Source: a virus (Duplodnaviria; Caudoviricetes). From it: a stretch of DNA of 64,000 nt. The notes beneath the pieces are model-generated. The model was not told where the DNA came from, did no database searches, and was given only the letters and a program-made list of their open reading frames with translations. The stretch lies in IMG/VR virus record IMGVR_UViG_3300028888_000054; one strand, 5' to 3'. Of the stretch, positions 11,668 to 22,555 are shown one piece after another. Made by a program: the position numbers and the translations under genes. The stretch's first letter is position 1, and each line of letters begins with the position of its first letter.

Positions 11668-11782
11668 TTATATCTCCTTACGATGCTTTAATGCTCTAAT
11701 GCCCTACGGCGACCTGCTGCATCGTTATTTCCTTTATTATAGCAAGTTTGTTTTTTATGTCAATACTTAACTTGTTTGCTTT

Positions 11783-12385
11783 TTAAAGCCATTTGACGAT
11801 TGTATCGCCTTTATAACCTTTCTCCCATACATACTGACAATAGCAGATTGCGCTTGAACTTCCATCATCTACTCCGTCTTTCCAACAATTTACTCTTTCT
11901 GAATTTACTAATACAAATTTTGGTGGATGTTTTTCAAACAGTTTTTTTCTTGATTTTCCTTCAAGAAACTGAACTCTTAATAAGAATATAAGTTTATCAC
12001 CGTCTTTCATTAAGTCAAGTGCTTTTTCAACGGAAGCCTGGGCAAGTTTGTAAGGAGGATTACTTATAATAGCATCTGAACCATTTCTCATTTCTGTTTC
12101 TTTAAAAAAATCAATTCCTGTATCGCCAAACCCTCTATCAATTAAATCTGAATTTGCTACAACATTAAATCCATTTTCTTCTAAAACTTTTGTTATAGCT
12201 CCGTTTCCGCAAAAACTTTCCCAAATTTTCCAATTTTTACAATCTGGGTAATTTTCTTCTAACCACTTAACTAATTTTTTTGTTGCTGCAGGATCTGTCG
12301 AGTAAAAACCATTAGGCTCTTGAAATTTTTGACTCCCGTTTTTAGTCCCAAGAGTAACTAGCACCCCATGTGTTTTATTATCCAT
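11783..12385 (-). CDS. DNA adenine methyltransferase (small phage type)
   Basis: FYST, WESFCGNG (motif I), ISNPPY (motif IV). Confidence 0.8.
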   Translation of the reverse strand: MDNKTHGVLVTLGTKNGSQKFQEPNGFYSTDPAATKKLVKWLEENYPDCKNWKIWESFCGNGAITKVLEENGFNVVANSDLIDRGFGDTGIDFFKETEMRNGSDAIISNPPYKLAQASVEKALDLMKDGDKLIFLLRVQFLEGKSRKKLFEKHPPKFVLVNSERVNCWKDGVDDGSSSAICYCQYVWEKGYKGDTIVKWL

Positions 12386-13286
12386 TACTTATTTCCTCCT
12401 TTAAAATTTTTTCTATATTAGAAAAATCTAAATATGAAATTTCTAACTCTCTAATACCATTTTTCTTACAAAATTGCCTTTTAACTTCATCTTTTTCTTT
12501 TCTAAGAGAAAGTCCTTCTAAACCTCCCCAACCGTCGACAACATTATAATGCTGTTCTCCTTGATACTCAATTAAAAGATTTTTAGACGGAACATAAAAA
12601 TCAAAAGGTAACTTTTTTTTATATTTGCAGTCTTCGAACTTAAACTGAGCAAAATAATCTTTACCTTCTTTATATCCATTTTTAGCAAACCAATGTCTTA
12701 TTCTTTTTTCGCCAGCCGACTCTCTGCATTTAGGGCATCCATGTTTTTTTAGATGTATTCTTGGTTCCTGCTCGAAAACACCATGCTTAGGGCAAATAAT
12801 TTTTATTTTTGTATTTGCATTTTTATAATCTACTAAACTATAATTATATTTATCGTCATGAACTTCTTTTGCCTTTTTAATAAACTCTTCGGTAGTTGGC
12901 TTATATTTTTTTGCACATTTTGGACATCCTTGCTTTTGCCCTAAGTGTCTATGAACAGTTTGCTCAAAAACTCCATGAACTGAACAAATTATTTTTATTT
13001 TTTCTTCCGTTAGGTATTTTTTTTCTAAATCAACTAAACTGTAATCATATTTATCACCATGAAGTTTTTTTGCTTGTTTTACAATTTCTTCTCCCTTTTT
13101 TGAACTTTTACATCTTTTACATCCGCAGCCAGCTAAATGATGGTGTGGAGTTTGTAAAAAATAAATTTTACAATTTTTACAAAAAATAGTTAATTTATTT
13201 TCATAACCCACATAAACAGTTTTGCTATAATCATATTTATCACCATGAATTTCTTTTGCTCTTTTAATAAATTCTTCCGTTGTCAT
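12378..13286 (-). mobile_element. free-standing homing endonuclease (DUF723-type Zn repeats + PD-(D/E)XK/Vsr-like C-terminus)
   Basis: Repeats TTEEFIK.AKE.HGDKYDYS...CPKHG.F.Q...H...GCPKC; C-terminal LPFDFY...IEYQGEQHY. Confidence 0.8.
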
Positions 13287-13400
13287 ATAATTAACTTATT
13301 TAAATTGCATAAAAATCATCTTTTTGTCTATTAACAGTTGAGCCATTGTTTGTTCCTAAAGTTGTTAAAACATTATGAGTTCCCTTTTTCATCTTTTCTC

Positions 13401-14245
13401 CTAAAAAATTAAATCATCGGGCATTAATTCTGCCAATACTTCTTTTGTTATATCTTTTTCTTGAAAAACTTCTTCTTCTCCCATCATAGAACCATCTTCA
13501 CCAGACCACATTTTTGCCCAGATCTTTCCATTTTGAATGGAAAAATCTACACAATCCCAGCCTTCTGCTCTTTTGTTAGCTATGTTAATAATGAAGTCTT
13601 TTAAGGTTTTATATTTTTTTAATGCTGATTTAAACTCACTCTTTGTCATACATTTAATTTTACCACTTTCGTTGGCTTTGTCAAGATTTCATCAATTTCT
13701 TTTTCGGTTATTTCTCCCTCTAAGACTTTATCTATATCCTCTTTTATATTTTTTTCTTGCAGCTCTCTTTCAAGATCCTTGTTTGTAATTTCAAGATTTT
13801 CACATTTTGTATTTAATCTGTCGATTTCTTCTTCTTGTGCTTTAAGAGCTATTTTGGTCTTTTCAGAAGCTTTATGTAAAAGTTTTTTAAGATCTTCCTC
13901 TGTGTATTTTTTATCAGAATTATTTTTTTCATTATACATATGAGCAAGTTTAGCATAAATGGAATCTACTCTTTCTAGTTCTGCCTTTAATCTATCACAC
14001 TCCAAATCTGCGTCGGTGAAATCATTACTGAACTCTTCACATCTTGTTCTTAATTCAGCTATTGTTTCGGCGTCTTTTAAACGTTCTTCGTTTAATTCTT
14101 TCCAAGCTTCAATCCATCCTTCAGTTTCACAAACTTCTTGTGGATTTTCTTCAGCTTGTTCTTTCCAATAATCGCGTTCTTCTTTTAATTTCTGAATTGC
14201 TTGTTTAAAAAAATCAAGTTTGTCTAATACTTCTTTTTCTGTCAT
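13401..14245 (-). CDS. two hypothetical proteins (13401-13649; 13646-14245 coiled coil)
   Basis: ORF track, ATGA overlap. Confidence 0.55.
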
Positions 14246-14257
14246 TTAAGCATCTCC

Positions 14258-15046
14258 TCAATAAAAAAGTCCCTTACTTCTTTCATTTATTCTTTGCCTT
14301 ATACTATCTAAATACTTTTCTTCTTTTTCTTTTTGTTCTTTTATAATTTTTTGCTTGTTTAATTTTTTTATAACATTTTTTAACTCTTCATTTGTTAAGG
14401 TAATAATTCTTCGTCTTAAAAGATGAAAAATTTCTTCTTCTGTCTTTTCTGCAAAATATGCTGCACTTCTAATTATATAATCTTGCTCTTGTTGTTTTAT
14501 TTCTTTAATTTCTGAACTTTTTTCAAAATCTTCTTTACTGTTATATATCGCAACCATATCACAACTTTTACCAAGATTAAAAATTGCAACAGATGGGGAT
14601 TTAATTTGTAGAGCAGAAAAATTACATAAGGAACTATTTTTTAATTCTTCATATCTACTTTCATCAATTTCGGAATTAAAATAACCATCATATCCCATAG
14701 ATTTTATTGCATTTATTAAATTTTGTCTATCTTCGCCCAAAACATGTAACCAATCATTATTTTTTAAAATCTCAAAATACTTTAAATACTTTGACATTTT
14801 GTGTTCTTGACAAAATTTTCTTAAATTTCCTTCATCCGTTTTAGAACGCATATTAAATATATTAGCAGTATCTTTTAGTCTATAAACCTCTACAATTCCA
14901 CTTAGCCCAAAAGAGTAAGCCAGAGCATATATTAATCTCGTGGTTAAATAAGTTTCTTTATAAAACTTAGAACTCTTATCGTTATCTGCTAAACCACGGT
15001 AATAAAGTCTATTTTTATTTGTATATTTTTGCTCGCTAATTAGCAC
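14258..15046 (-). CDS. ADP-ribosyltransferase-like protein (ART-PolyVal-like)
   Basis: LYYRG, YLT...ALAY, GYDGY..SE, VAIFN motif succession. Confidence 0.5.
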   Translation of the reverse strand: MLISEQKYTNKNRLYYRGLADNDKSSKFYKETYLTTRLIYALAYSFGLSGIVEVYRLKDTANIFNMRSKTDEGNLRKFCQEHKMSKYLKYFEILKNNDWLHVLGEDRQNLINAIKSMGYDGYFNSEIDESRYEELKNSSLCNFSALQIKSPSVAIFNLGKSCDMVAIYNSKEDFEKSSEIKEIKQQEQDYIIRSAAYFAEKTEEEIFHLLRRRIITLTNEELKNVIKKLNKQKIIKEQKEKEEKYLDSIRQRINERSKGLFY

Positions 15047-16595
15047 TTAGCATCTCCTCGATTTCTCTTACTGAATCATCTACTTTGCTACTAAACTCTT
15101 TTTCTTTCTTTTCTACTTTTTGTTTTGGAGCTATACTCTTTTTCTTTTCTTGTTTTTTATACTCTTCAAGGGTTTCTGGTATATCACTAATTATTTTATT
15201 TTCTTCTACTTTTGCATTAAATTCTTCAACACTAAGAACACCTTTTGAAACATATTTGCGATTAATTTTATACATTATGCTTTCAATGTCTAAATCTTCA
15301 TCAAAATTATATTTTTCAAAAACTTTTCTTGTAATCATTGGTTTTGGCGTAAAAGCATAAATTAACAACTCTACCAATAAACCTGAAAACAAAATAAACG
15401 CCATAATCATTATTTCTGTTGATCCAAAAGAAGAAACGCCTTTCTTTTTTGAAACGTTTTCAAGTGTTGTTTTTGCACTGAAAGCATTATCAATAGCTGG
15501 TCCTAGTAAAACGAAAATCTTTGCAGATTCACCAACATCACCTGTATCGTTTTCATAAGCGGCTTTTAAATCTTTCAATGTTGTTAAAGCAAGGCTTGGG
15601 TTATCTTCACTAAACTCCACCATCTCTCCGCCCATTGCGTCAGGCCATTTAAATCTTCCTTGTAGATTTCTAATAGCAATTACCATTGCTTCTTTTGTTT
15701 GTGAGTCTAAAAGCAATAAATCATCTTTCGAAGTATTTTTGTTTAATGTTTCAATTTCGTTTTTTATTTGCTGAGCTAAAACCGCTTCAGAAGTTATATT
15801 TCTAATTTGGTTAATAGAAAGATTTCTACCAGCGGCTTTTACTCTTGTCTGAACTAAGGAGTTTTGCTTATCCCAATACTCATCAGGAATAATTTCTACA
15901 CCATTCCATTCAATAATTTCTTTTGAAGAAAAAGCCACACCAGTTTCCTCAAACTTTGCTCTTTCGGCACGATACTCTTCAATAATAGGCCAAATTTTAG
16001 CTGCGTCTTCTTGAGCTTTTTTGGTAGAAGTTGTTCCAATTGCCGCAGAAGAATAAATAATTTCTCGTTGCTGAGATTGTCCAATAGAATTAGCATTAAT
16101 TAATTCAGCTAATGCAGCAATTTCATCATTTGCTTTTTTAATTTCATTCTGATTTTTTCTGATTCCATCACCTACTGAAACTACTGACAAGCTCATAGCA
16201 GTAAGCAAAGAAATAGATATACAAAGAGCATGCAATGATTTCCAAAAGCGCCTTGGTTTTTTTAATTTACCCCAGCAAGTTATACCAAGTGCTTTAAAAT
16301 GTGAAATTAATTCATCAATCTGAGCAACACGCATTGCACACCAGGCTTTTCCAAAAATAATTACCACAGACATTAATCCTAAAACTAATCCTGCAGGAAC
16401 AACTTTAAATCCAAATATAGAATATAAAGCTACTGACAATCCGGAAAAGAAAACAATGTCAATAAATCCAGATTCAGCAGTTGCAACTAAAAAGGTTTTT
16501 CTTTCTCCTTTTTCTTGAACAGTGTCATCTTTAATTACTTTCTTTTTTGAATTAATTTTTTCTTTTAGATTTTCATAAATTTCATTAAGTTTCAT
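15036..16595 (-). CDS. membrane protein with large coiled-coil domain
   Basis: 3 N-terminal TM segments, long helical region, one C-terminal TM; own TTGACT-N16-TATAAT-N6-ATG promoter. Confidence 0.6.
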   Translation of the reverse strand: MKLNEIYENLKEKINSKKKVIKDDTVQEKGERKTFLVATAESGFIDIVFFSGLSVALYSIFGFKVVPAGLVLGLMSVVIIFGKAWCAMRVAQIDELISHFKALGITCWGKLKKPRRFWKSLHALCISISLLTAMSLSVVSVGDGIRKNQNEIKKANDEIAALAELINANSIGQSQQREIIYSSAAIGTTSTKKAQEDAAKIWPIIEEYRAERAKFEETGVAFSSKEIIEWNGVEIIPDEYWDKQNSLVQTRVKAAGRNLSINQIRNITSEAVLAQQIKNEIETLNKNTSKDDLLLLDSQTKEAMVIAIRNLQGRFKWPDAMGGEMVEFSEDNPSLALTTLKDLKAAYENDTGDVGESAKIFVLLGPAIDNAFSAKTTLENVSKKKGVSSFGSTEIMIMAFILFSGLLVELLIYAFTPKPMITRKVFEKYNFDEDLDIESIMYKINRKYVSKGVLSVEEFNAKVEENKIISDIPETLEEYKKQEKKKSIAPKQKVEKKEKEFSSKVDDSVREIEEMLSAN

Positions 16596-16666
16596 AATTG
16601 TATTATATCCTGTTTTTTTAAAAAGTCAAATAAAATCTGTAACTACTAATAGTATTATGTAGAGCG

Positions 16667-16748
16667 GACAATTTTGTCGCAGCACGCGACAATTTTGTCT
16701 GGACGGTATGCAAAAAATATGCAGTTTTCAATTGAAAACTGCATATTT
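16667..16748. repeat. paired GACAATTTTGTC boxes plus a perfect 34-bp palindrome
   Basis: GACAATTTTGTC at 16667-16678 and 16688-16699; AAATATGCAGTTTTCAA|TTGAAAACTGCATATTT at 16715-16748. Confidence 0.85.
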
Positions 16749-16753
16749 ATACA

Positions 16754-17599
16754 TTATTCACTTTTTTCTATTTTATCCTTTCTTAAATCTTCATATTTTT
16801 TTAGCTTTTCCTCATACTTCATCTTGTCCATAATCATTTTATAAAGTAAATTGTTTATACTTCCATTTGCTCTTGTTTTTACATCTATAATTAAATCAGT
16901 AGGATTATTTCCTTGAAAAGCTTGCCATCTAAAAGATTTAAGCATTTGATGAGCAACATTAATTGCATCTAAATCAGCTTTTAATTCTGTTTCTTTTTGA
17001 GCAATTAATTCTTTTATTTCTGCTTCATTAATACCATCATCTTTTGTAGCATTCTTTAAATAATCAAGTTCTACTTTATCAGCTTCATATTCTTGAATTC
17101 TATCATCAACACCCGATAAGAAGAATTTAGCAATTTCCATAACATAATTAAAAGGAATATGCTTTTTTAATTCTTCTTTATTCTGTTTTTTTACCCAAGT
17201 GTCTTTAAGAACATCGTAAGCATTTTCTGATTCTGTTACATCTTTTAAATCACTTGTTAAATAATAATTGATTGGATGTTCTTTTAGTAATTGTCCGTTT
17301 GGTAAAAGTTTCCAAATTTGTTTAATTTTTGCTGGATCTATATCTGTTTCAATACTTACATCTATATCTGAGGTATTTGTATATTGCCAGCCAACAGAGG
17401 ATCCAATAATATGAATACTTCTAACGTGTTCTTCATAAGGATAACCCATTTTTTCTAGCCATTTATAAATAGGATCAAGAATTTGATTTTTTACTTTTGT
17501 TTGCAATACTTGATAATCTGGCCCAATAAACAAGTCTTTACATCTTGTTTCTTGAACAGGATCTAAAATTGATTCAAAAAGTGGTTTTGTTATTTGCAT
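16754..17599 (-). CDS. Pol-beta superfamily nucleotidyltransferase
   Basis: IIGS...Y..TSDIDV signature, then PINYY. Confidence 0.7.
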   Translation of the reverse strand: MQITKPLFESILDPVQETRCKDLFIGPDYQVLQTKVKNQILDPIYKWLEKMGYPYEEHVRSIHIIGSSVGWQYTNTSDIDVSIETDIDPAKIKQIWKLLPNGQLLKEHPINYYLTSDLKDVTESENAYDVLKDTWVKKQNKEELKKHIPFNYVMEIAKFFLSGVDDRIQEYEADKVELDYLKNATKDDGINEAEIKELIAQKETELKADLDAINVAHQMLKSFRWQAFQGNNPTDLIIDVKTRANGSINNLLYKMIMDKMKYEEKLKKYEDLRKDKIEKSE

Positions 17600-17614
17600 A
17601 AAATTTCCTCAACA

Positions 17615-18073
17615 TTAACTTTTTTCTGGAGTCCACTCTAAATCAAATCCTTTTTTGACAAAACCGTTTCTTAAAAAATGTCTTTCATATTCCTCTATGC
17701 ATGGAACAGTTATGTTTTTGAAGTGTCTAAATTTAACAAAACGTTTTAAATAATCTAAAATTTCTTTTGTTTTTCCTTGACGTCTAAAAATCTTATTTAC
17801 TTCAAGGTGTGTAAGAGCGAGTTCGTTGTTTGCATTTTGAAAAAATTGCGCTACGCCAATTACATCTATATGATCTCCGTTTAATTGAGCCAAAAAATAC
17901 CAATTATCTCTGTCTGTAAAGCTTTCAGTTTTTTCATAAGCCCAAGGAAATGAACTTTTAAGAATTAAACCTCTGTTATTTAAATCATTAAAATCAATTG
18001 GTATTGCTTTAATAGGAAAATTGTTTTCAAGTAAGTCTTGAATTTGCTTATCATTTTTATTTTCTATGGCCAT
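17615..18073 (-). CDS. GNAT-family acetyltransferase
   Basis: LEVNKIFRRQGKT acetyl-CoA motif A; F.RNGF. Confidence 0.7.
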   Translation of the reverse strand: MAIENKNDKQIQDLLENNFPIKAIPIDFNDLNNRGLILKSSFPWAYEKTESFTDRDNWYFLAQLNGDHIDVIGVAQFFQNANNELALTHLEVNKIFRRQGKTKEILDYLKRFVKFRHFKNITVPCIEEYERHFLRNGFVKKGFDLEWTPEKS

Positions 18074-19864
18074 CTTCTTCTCACCTTTATTTCTTTTTGT
18101 TCTTGCTGCTTTTTTAAAAGTTCTTTATATAAAGAGTCAAACTCATATTTTTCTGCGGGGCAGCCATCTTCGGGATTAGATAACATATAACAATCCCAAA
18201 GCTGGTTTTGATAGTATTTACAACTATAGCAATAAGGACAAGAGAAACATTTAATTATTACTGATTTAATTTCATCCACCTATTTATCTTTAAATAGATA
18301 AAGCCATCTCTCTCTCATCTTTTGCTTTTTGATAATCTTGTATCAATTTTGCAGATACTTCGCAATTCTTTATTACCTTTACAAGTAAAGAATTTAAATC
18401 CTCTGTTAATTTTTCACTCCCCTCTAATTCTCTTTGAACTTCCTCAACCACCCAATTAAGTTTCCTTATGATTTTTTCGTCTTCCACAGCTACTCCTGTT
18501 TTGTTAACTCTATTTGGGGCAAAATCTCACTTAATAATTCAAAATTCCAAAAATAACCTTTTTCATCTTCGCCAACGTATTGCTTACCGCAAAGGTGATT
18601 TTTCCCAAGCCAACTATTGTCTGTCGTAAATAAATAAATATATTCAGCAAATATATCGTTGTCTACTTTATTAAGATAGTCATCAATCGAATCATAATGA
18701 TAAGATTTTGGCTCATCCTCATAGCCTTTTTCATCAAGAACATAAGAACCACTTCCGCGAGCAATGAGTGCATCTACTTTTTCTTTTGTGTCAAAGTTTT
18801 CAAGTAAATCTTTTCCGAGTCCATCAAAATAACTATCAAAATGATTATAAATTGCATCTACTGAACCATCTTCGTTTAATCTTCCAACATATCCTCTTGT
18901 GCTCATCTTCCATCATCCTCCATCATTTTTTCTATAAAACTATCATAACCAATTAGCAACTCTTGAGTTGCTTCTTTTAATTCTTCTTCAGTTTCAGAGG
19001 CTTCTATTTTATAGAAGCACTCTTCCCATTTTTTTGTTTGCATATAAGCATACCAATATGGTCTATGCATAATTATTCCTCAACCCAAATAGCAAGACGC
19101 TTGTCAAGAATTCTTTTATATTCTTTCATAACTCTTAGTTGTTTAGAAAGTAATTTCTTTTGCTCGTTAGACAATGAATCTAAAAGTTTTTTATGTGCTT
19201 CCCAATTTTCAGATCTTACTTTTCCAAGAAGGTTTTCGAGTTTCGTAATTTTTTCTTCAAGTTCGTTTCTTTCTTCTTTTACTCTATCTTTTGCAGTTGT
19301 TAATTTTGTTTCTTCCATATTTTCTCCTTTTATTTTTTAATAATCCCAAGGTAATGAAGTTGTTGGAAGATTTTCAAGACACTCATCGGTATCAATATGA
19401 TGGCATTTATAATAATTAAAATTATTATAATAATTTCTTTCAACTTCTCTCACAACATCACCTATCGCATTTCCCTCTTCTTCTTTAAATTTTTTTATGT
19501 CTACCAACTTAAACGAAGGTCTTTTATTTAAAAAACCTTTTGGAATAATTTCGTTAAGTTCGTAAACAATTTTATTATAAAGATCAAGAAGGGCATAAAC
19601 TACATTTCGGTATCTTCTAGCCATCAACTTGTCTGCTGAAATCATTTTTGATTTTTCTTCAGCAAGTTTATAAAATTCTTCTTTTTCTTTTTCGAGTTTG
19701 TCCTTTTCTCTTTGCAACTCTCTTGGTTCTTCTGCTAATCTCCAAGTTTGTTTCTTTAAATGTTCCATGCAGTCTTTACAGATAATTCTTTTATCCTCAA
19801 GAGTTTTATGGTCATCTGCGCAGCCACCGCAAAAATCACAAGTGTATGTATATTTTATTCCCAT
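18064..19864 (-). CDS. run of small hypothetical phage genes (18064-18279, 18290-18487, 18490-18906, 19073-19318, 19337-19864)
   Basis: 18490 begins MSTRG...YNHFDSY (common phage family); 19073 resembles crAss001_48-like helical proteins; 19337 has a Zn ribbon. Confidence 0.55.
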
Positions 19865-19873
19865 ACCCTTTCC

Positions 19874-21553
19874 TTAAAGTGATTGCAACAGTTCTGTATA
19901 AGAAATGATTTTTGTTCCATTCTTTATTGCTTTCTGCAGTTTAGAAGAGCCAGAATTTGGATCGGCGCAAGCCAAATAATCCAAATCTTTTGTTACTGAA
20001 TCTTTTACATCATATTTACCCTGACATTTTTCCGTAAGTTCTTTTCTCGTAAAACCGGAGCAACTTCCGGTAAAACAAATTGTTGGCATACTCATTTTTT
20101 TACCTCCACCATTATTTTCTTCTTCTATTGTAACATAAACGCTTTCAAAAGTAAAGTATTGTCTTAAAGCAATAATTTCTTCTTTGTTTTTATTAAAGAA
20201 ATTTATATACGCATCGGCAATTTCTTCACCGATACCTTTAAAACTTGTTATTTCTTCTTTTGCCTTACAAGAAAGAAGCATCAAGTCGTCAAGAGTTTTG
20301 TTTCCAAAAAGCAAGAAACGTTTTTCATCAAGCATTGGTTCATCAAATATAGCCAAAAACTTTGCGGCAGAAATTTGCTTACCCATAACGTCTCTCATTT
20401 GAGTATAAACCTTTTCTCCGTTTACACCACCTGCATATTTATTTAATACTTTCTTGTCGTCGTTTTTACACATTTCTAAGAAATCTTCAATTGTAATTCC
20501 AGCATCTTCAAGCTTTGAAACAAATGAATCTCCCGCACCTTTAATTCCAAAGACTTTAAACATTTTCTTAAAACGATGACCAACTTTTCTTGGACAAGTT
20601 TTTGTAACACACTCTGGAACTCCTGAGTCGTTAACAACAATTGATCCACCACAAACAGGACAAACAGTTGGAACTGTAAAAGCGTTTTTCTTTGGGCTTA
20701 TTACCAAATCAACCTGTGGGATAATAAGACCATGCTTTGAAATTATAACTTCTGCGCCTTCATAAATACCAAGAGAGTTCATAATGTTTACATTAGCCAA
20801 CGATGCTTTTTCAACAGTTGTTCCTTCAAGCTCTACTGGTTTTACATAAGCAACTGGTGCTAAGTATCTTCCGCAAATCTGCCAATCAATTTTATTAACA
20901 ACAGTTCTTGCACTTTGAAGGTTTGGTTTAAAAGCGACGTTATTTAATGGAGTATGTCGCATCAAATCATTTTTATCTACTTTATTTTGTTTAATTACAA
21001 TTCCGTCGCAAGGAATTTCACCATTTGGATCAAGATTATTCTTCCATTCAATAAGCTCTTTAAGAGATGGGTTTGCTCTCCATTCTGGAACCTGGAAACC
21101 GTTATCCATTAAGAACTGTAATTTATCTACTTCTGTTTTGTCTACAATGTTGTCATCATCGAAAACATCATAAGCAATAAAAACAAGTTTATCCATATCT
21201 TTTCCATCAAGACGTTTTACAATCCCAGCACATTGATTTCTTGGATTTTTTCCGTCAGGAAAATATTTGTTAAATGTAGAGCGAAGCATAGCAACTTCTC
21301 CACGAATCTTTCCGTTAAAAGGTGTGTTTAGTGTATGAAGAACATTAGGAATTTTTGAAATGTTTGTAGTTGTATCTTCGCCATATTCACCGTCGCCACG
21401 AGAAATCGTTTGGCAAATTTCCCCACTTTTATAAACAAGCAATTGCCCGCAATTATGAACCAAAATTCCATTAGCAAAATAGTTTAAATTTTTTGTTCCT
21501 ATATCATATTTTTTAGAATTATTTGTTATTTTTGTTATTTTTGTTATTTTCAT
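19874..21553 (-). CDS. ligA: NAD-dependent DNA ligase C-terminal part, preceded by a 34-aa split intein C-fragment (21452-21553)
   Basis: MKITKIT...YDI...NYFANGILVHN|C, then SRGDG..GED, RGE, NPRN, DGIVIK, AFK, OB, CPVC, HhH and BRCT; GGAGG SD before ATG at 21553. Confidence 0.93.
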   Translation of the reverse strand: MKITKITKITNNSKKYDIGTKNLNYFANGILVHNCGQLLVYKSGEICQTISRGDGEYGEDTTTNISKIPNVLHTLNTPFNGKIRGEVAMLRSTFNKYFPDGKNPRNQCAGIVKRLDGKDMDKLVFIAYDVFDDDNIVDKTEVDKLQFLMDNGFQVPEWRANPSLKELIEWKNNLDPNGEIPCDGIVIKQNKVDKNDLMRHTPLNNVAFKPNLQSARTVVNKIDWQICGRYLAPVAYVKPVELEGTTVEKASLANVNIMNSLGIYEGAEVIISKHGLIIPQVDLVISPKKNAFTVPTVCPVCGGSIVVNDSGVPECVTKTCPRKVGHRFKKMFKVFGIKGAGDSFVSKLEDAGITIEDFLEMCKNDDKKVLNKYAGGVNGEKVYTQMRDVMGKQISAAKFLAIFDEPMLDEKRFLLFGNKTLDDLMLLSCKAKEEITSFKGIGEEIADAYINFFNKNKEEIIALRQYFTFESVYVTIEEENNGGGKKMSMPTICFTGSCSGFTRKELTEKCQGKYDVKDSVTKDLDYLACADPNSGSSKLQKAIKNGTKIISYTELLQSL

Positions 21554-22541
21554 ACATTTCCTCCAAGATAAGATCATTTATGTTATCAACAATTTCTCCA
21601 TCCGCCTTTGCATGTTTGTTTTTTAAAACATCTTTTTCCCAAATAGTAATTATATTATACCCCATATTTTTTGCATTGTCAATTTTCTCTTTATCAAAAA
21701 GCCAGATGTCTGAAACTTTTTTTTCTTCTCCAAAAAACGGAATAGTATCTTCCTCGTTATAAATAGATGGATTTGCGTGCCAATAATCTCCATTTACCTC
21801 AACTAGCAAATTTAGTTCTTTTATATAAATGTCATATAAAAAAATTTTTCTACTTGTTGCTTTTTCTAAATTAGGCAAACATAATTGTGTTTCAATACTC
21901 CAGCCATAATCTAAAAGCCTCTTTGCTACGTTTTTTTCTAAGTTGGAAACACAGGAACTATTTTTATTTCTTATGCTTTTTTCTAACCAAGTTTTTCTAT
22001 CGTCATCGGAAAGACTATCCCATCTCTCTTTTAGTTTTTTACTTATAAGCTCCCCACGTGTTAAACCATATTTTTTTAGCCAAACGTCTTCACTGTTAAT
22101 TTTTTTCTTTACTTCTTCAAGCTGAAAAACGTTATCTACACCATATTTTTCTTTTACTGTTTTGTTTCTTTTTAGGTATATTTTGGATTTTTTTCCTAAT
22201 ACATTCGTATCCCCATATTTTTTTAGACACGTTGCTTTTATTTTTTCATTTCTTTCTTTTAAAGAAGCCGATTCTTTTAGAGTCCTTGGTTTTATTTTAA
22301 AAATTTCATACAATTTTAAAGTTTGTTCAAATTGTAAACCATATTTTTCTTTAAAGTCTGTAAGAGACATTGTCTCACTTTCTTTTGGAAAAGAATTTAA
22401 AATTTCTGGGACGTTTTTTTCATATATGTCCTTTAAAGATTCTGAATAAGTTTTATTATGCTTACTCTTTAAATGTGATGACAAACCTCTACCGCTTTTC
22501 ATTATTTTTTCACAATAAGGGCATTTTGTAAATAATTCCAT
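21519..22541 (-). mobile_element. free-standing Vsr/DUF559-like homing endonuclease between the two ligase halves
   Basis: N-terminal C2H2 finger, KYG repeats, C-terminal YDIY...VEVNGDYWH...IWE. Confidence 0.82.
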
Positions 22542-22555
22542 AAATCACTATCGAA

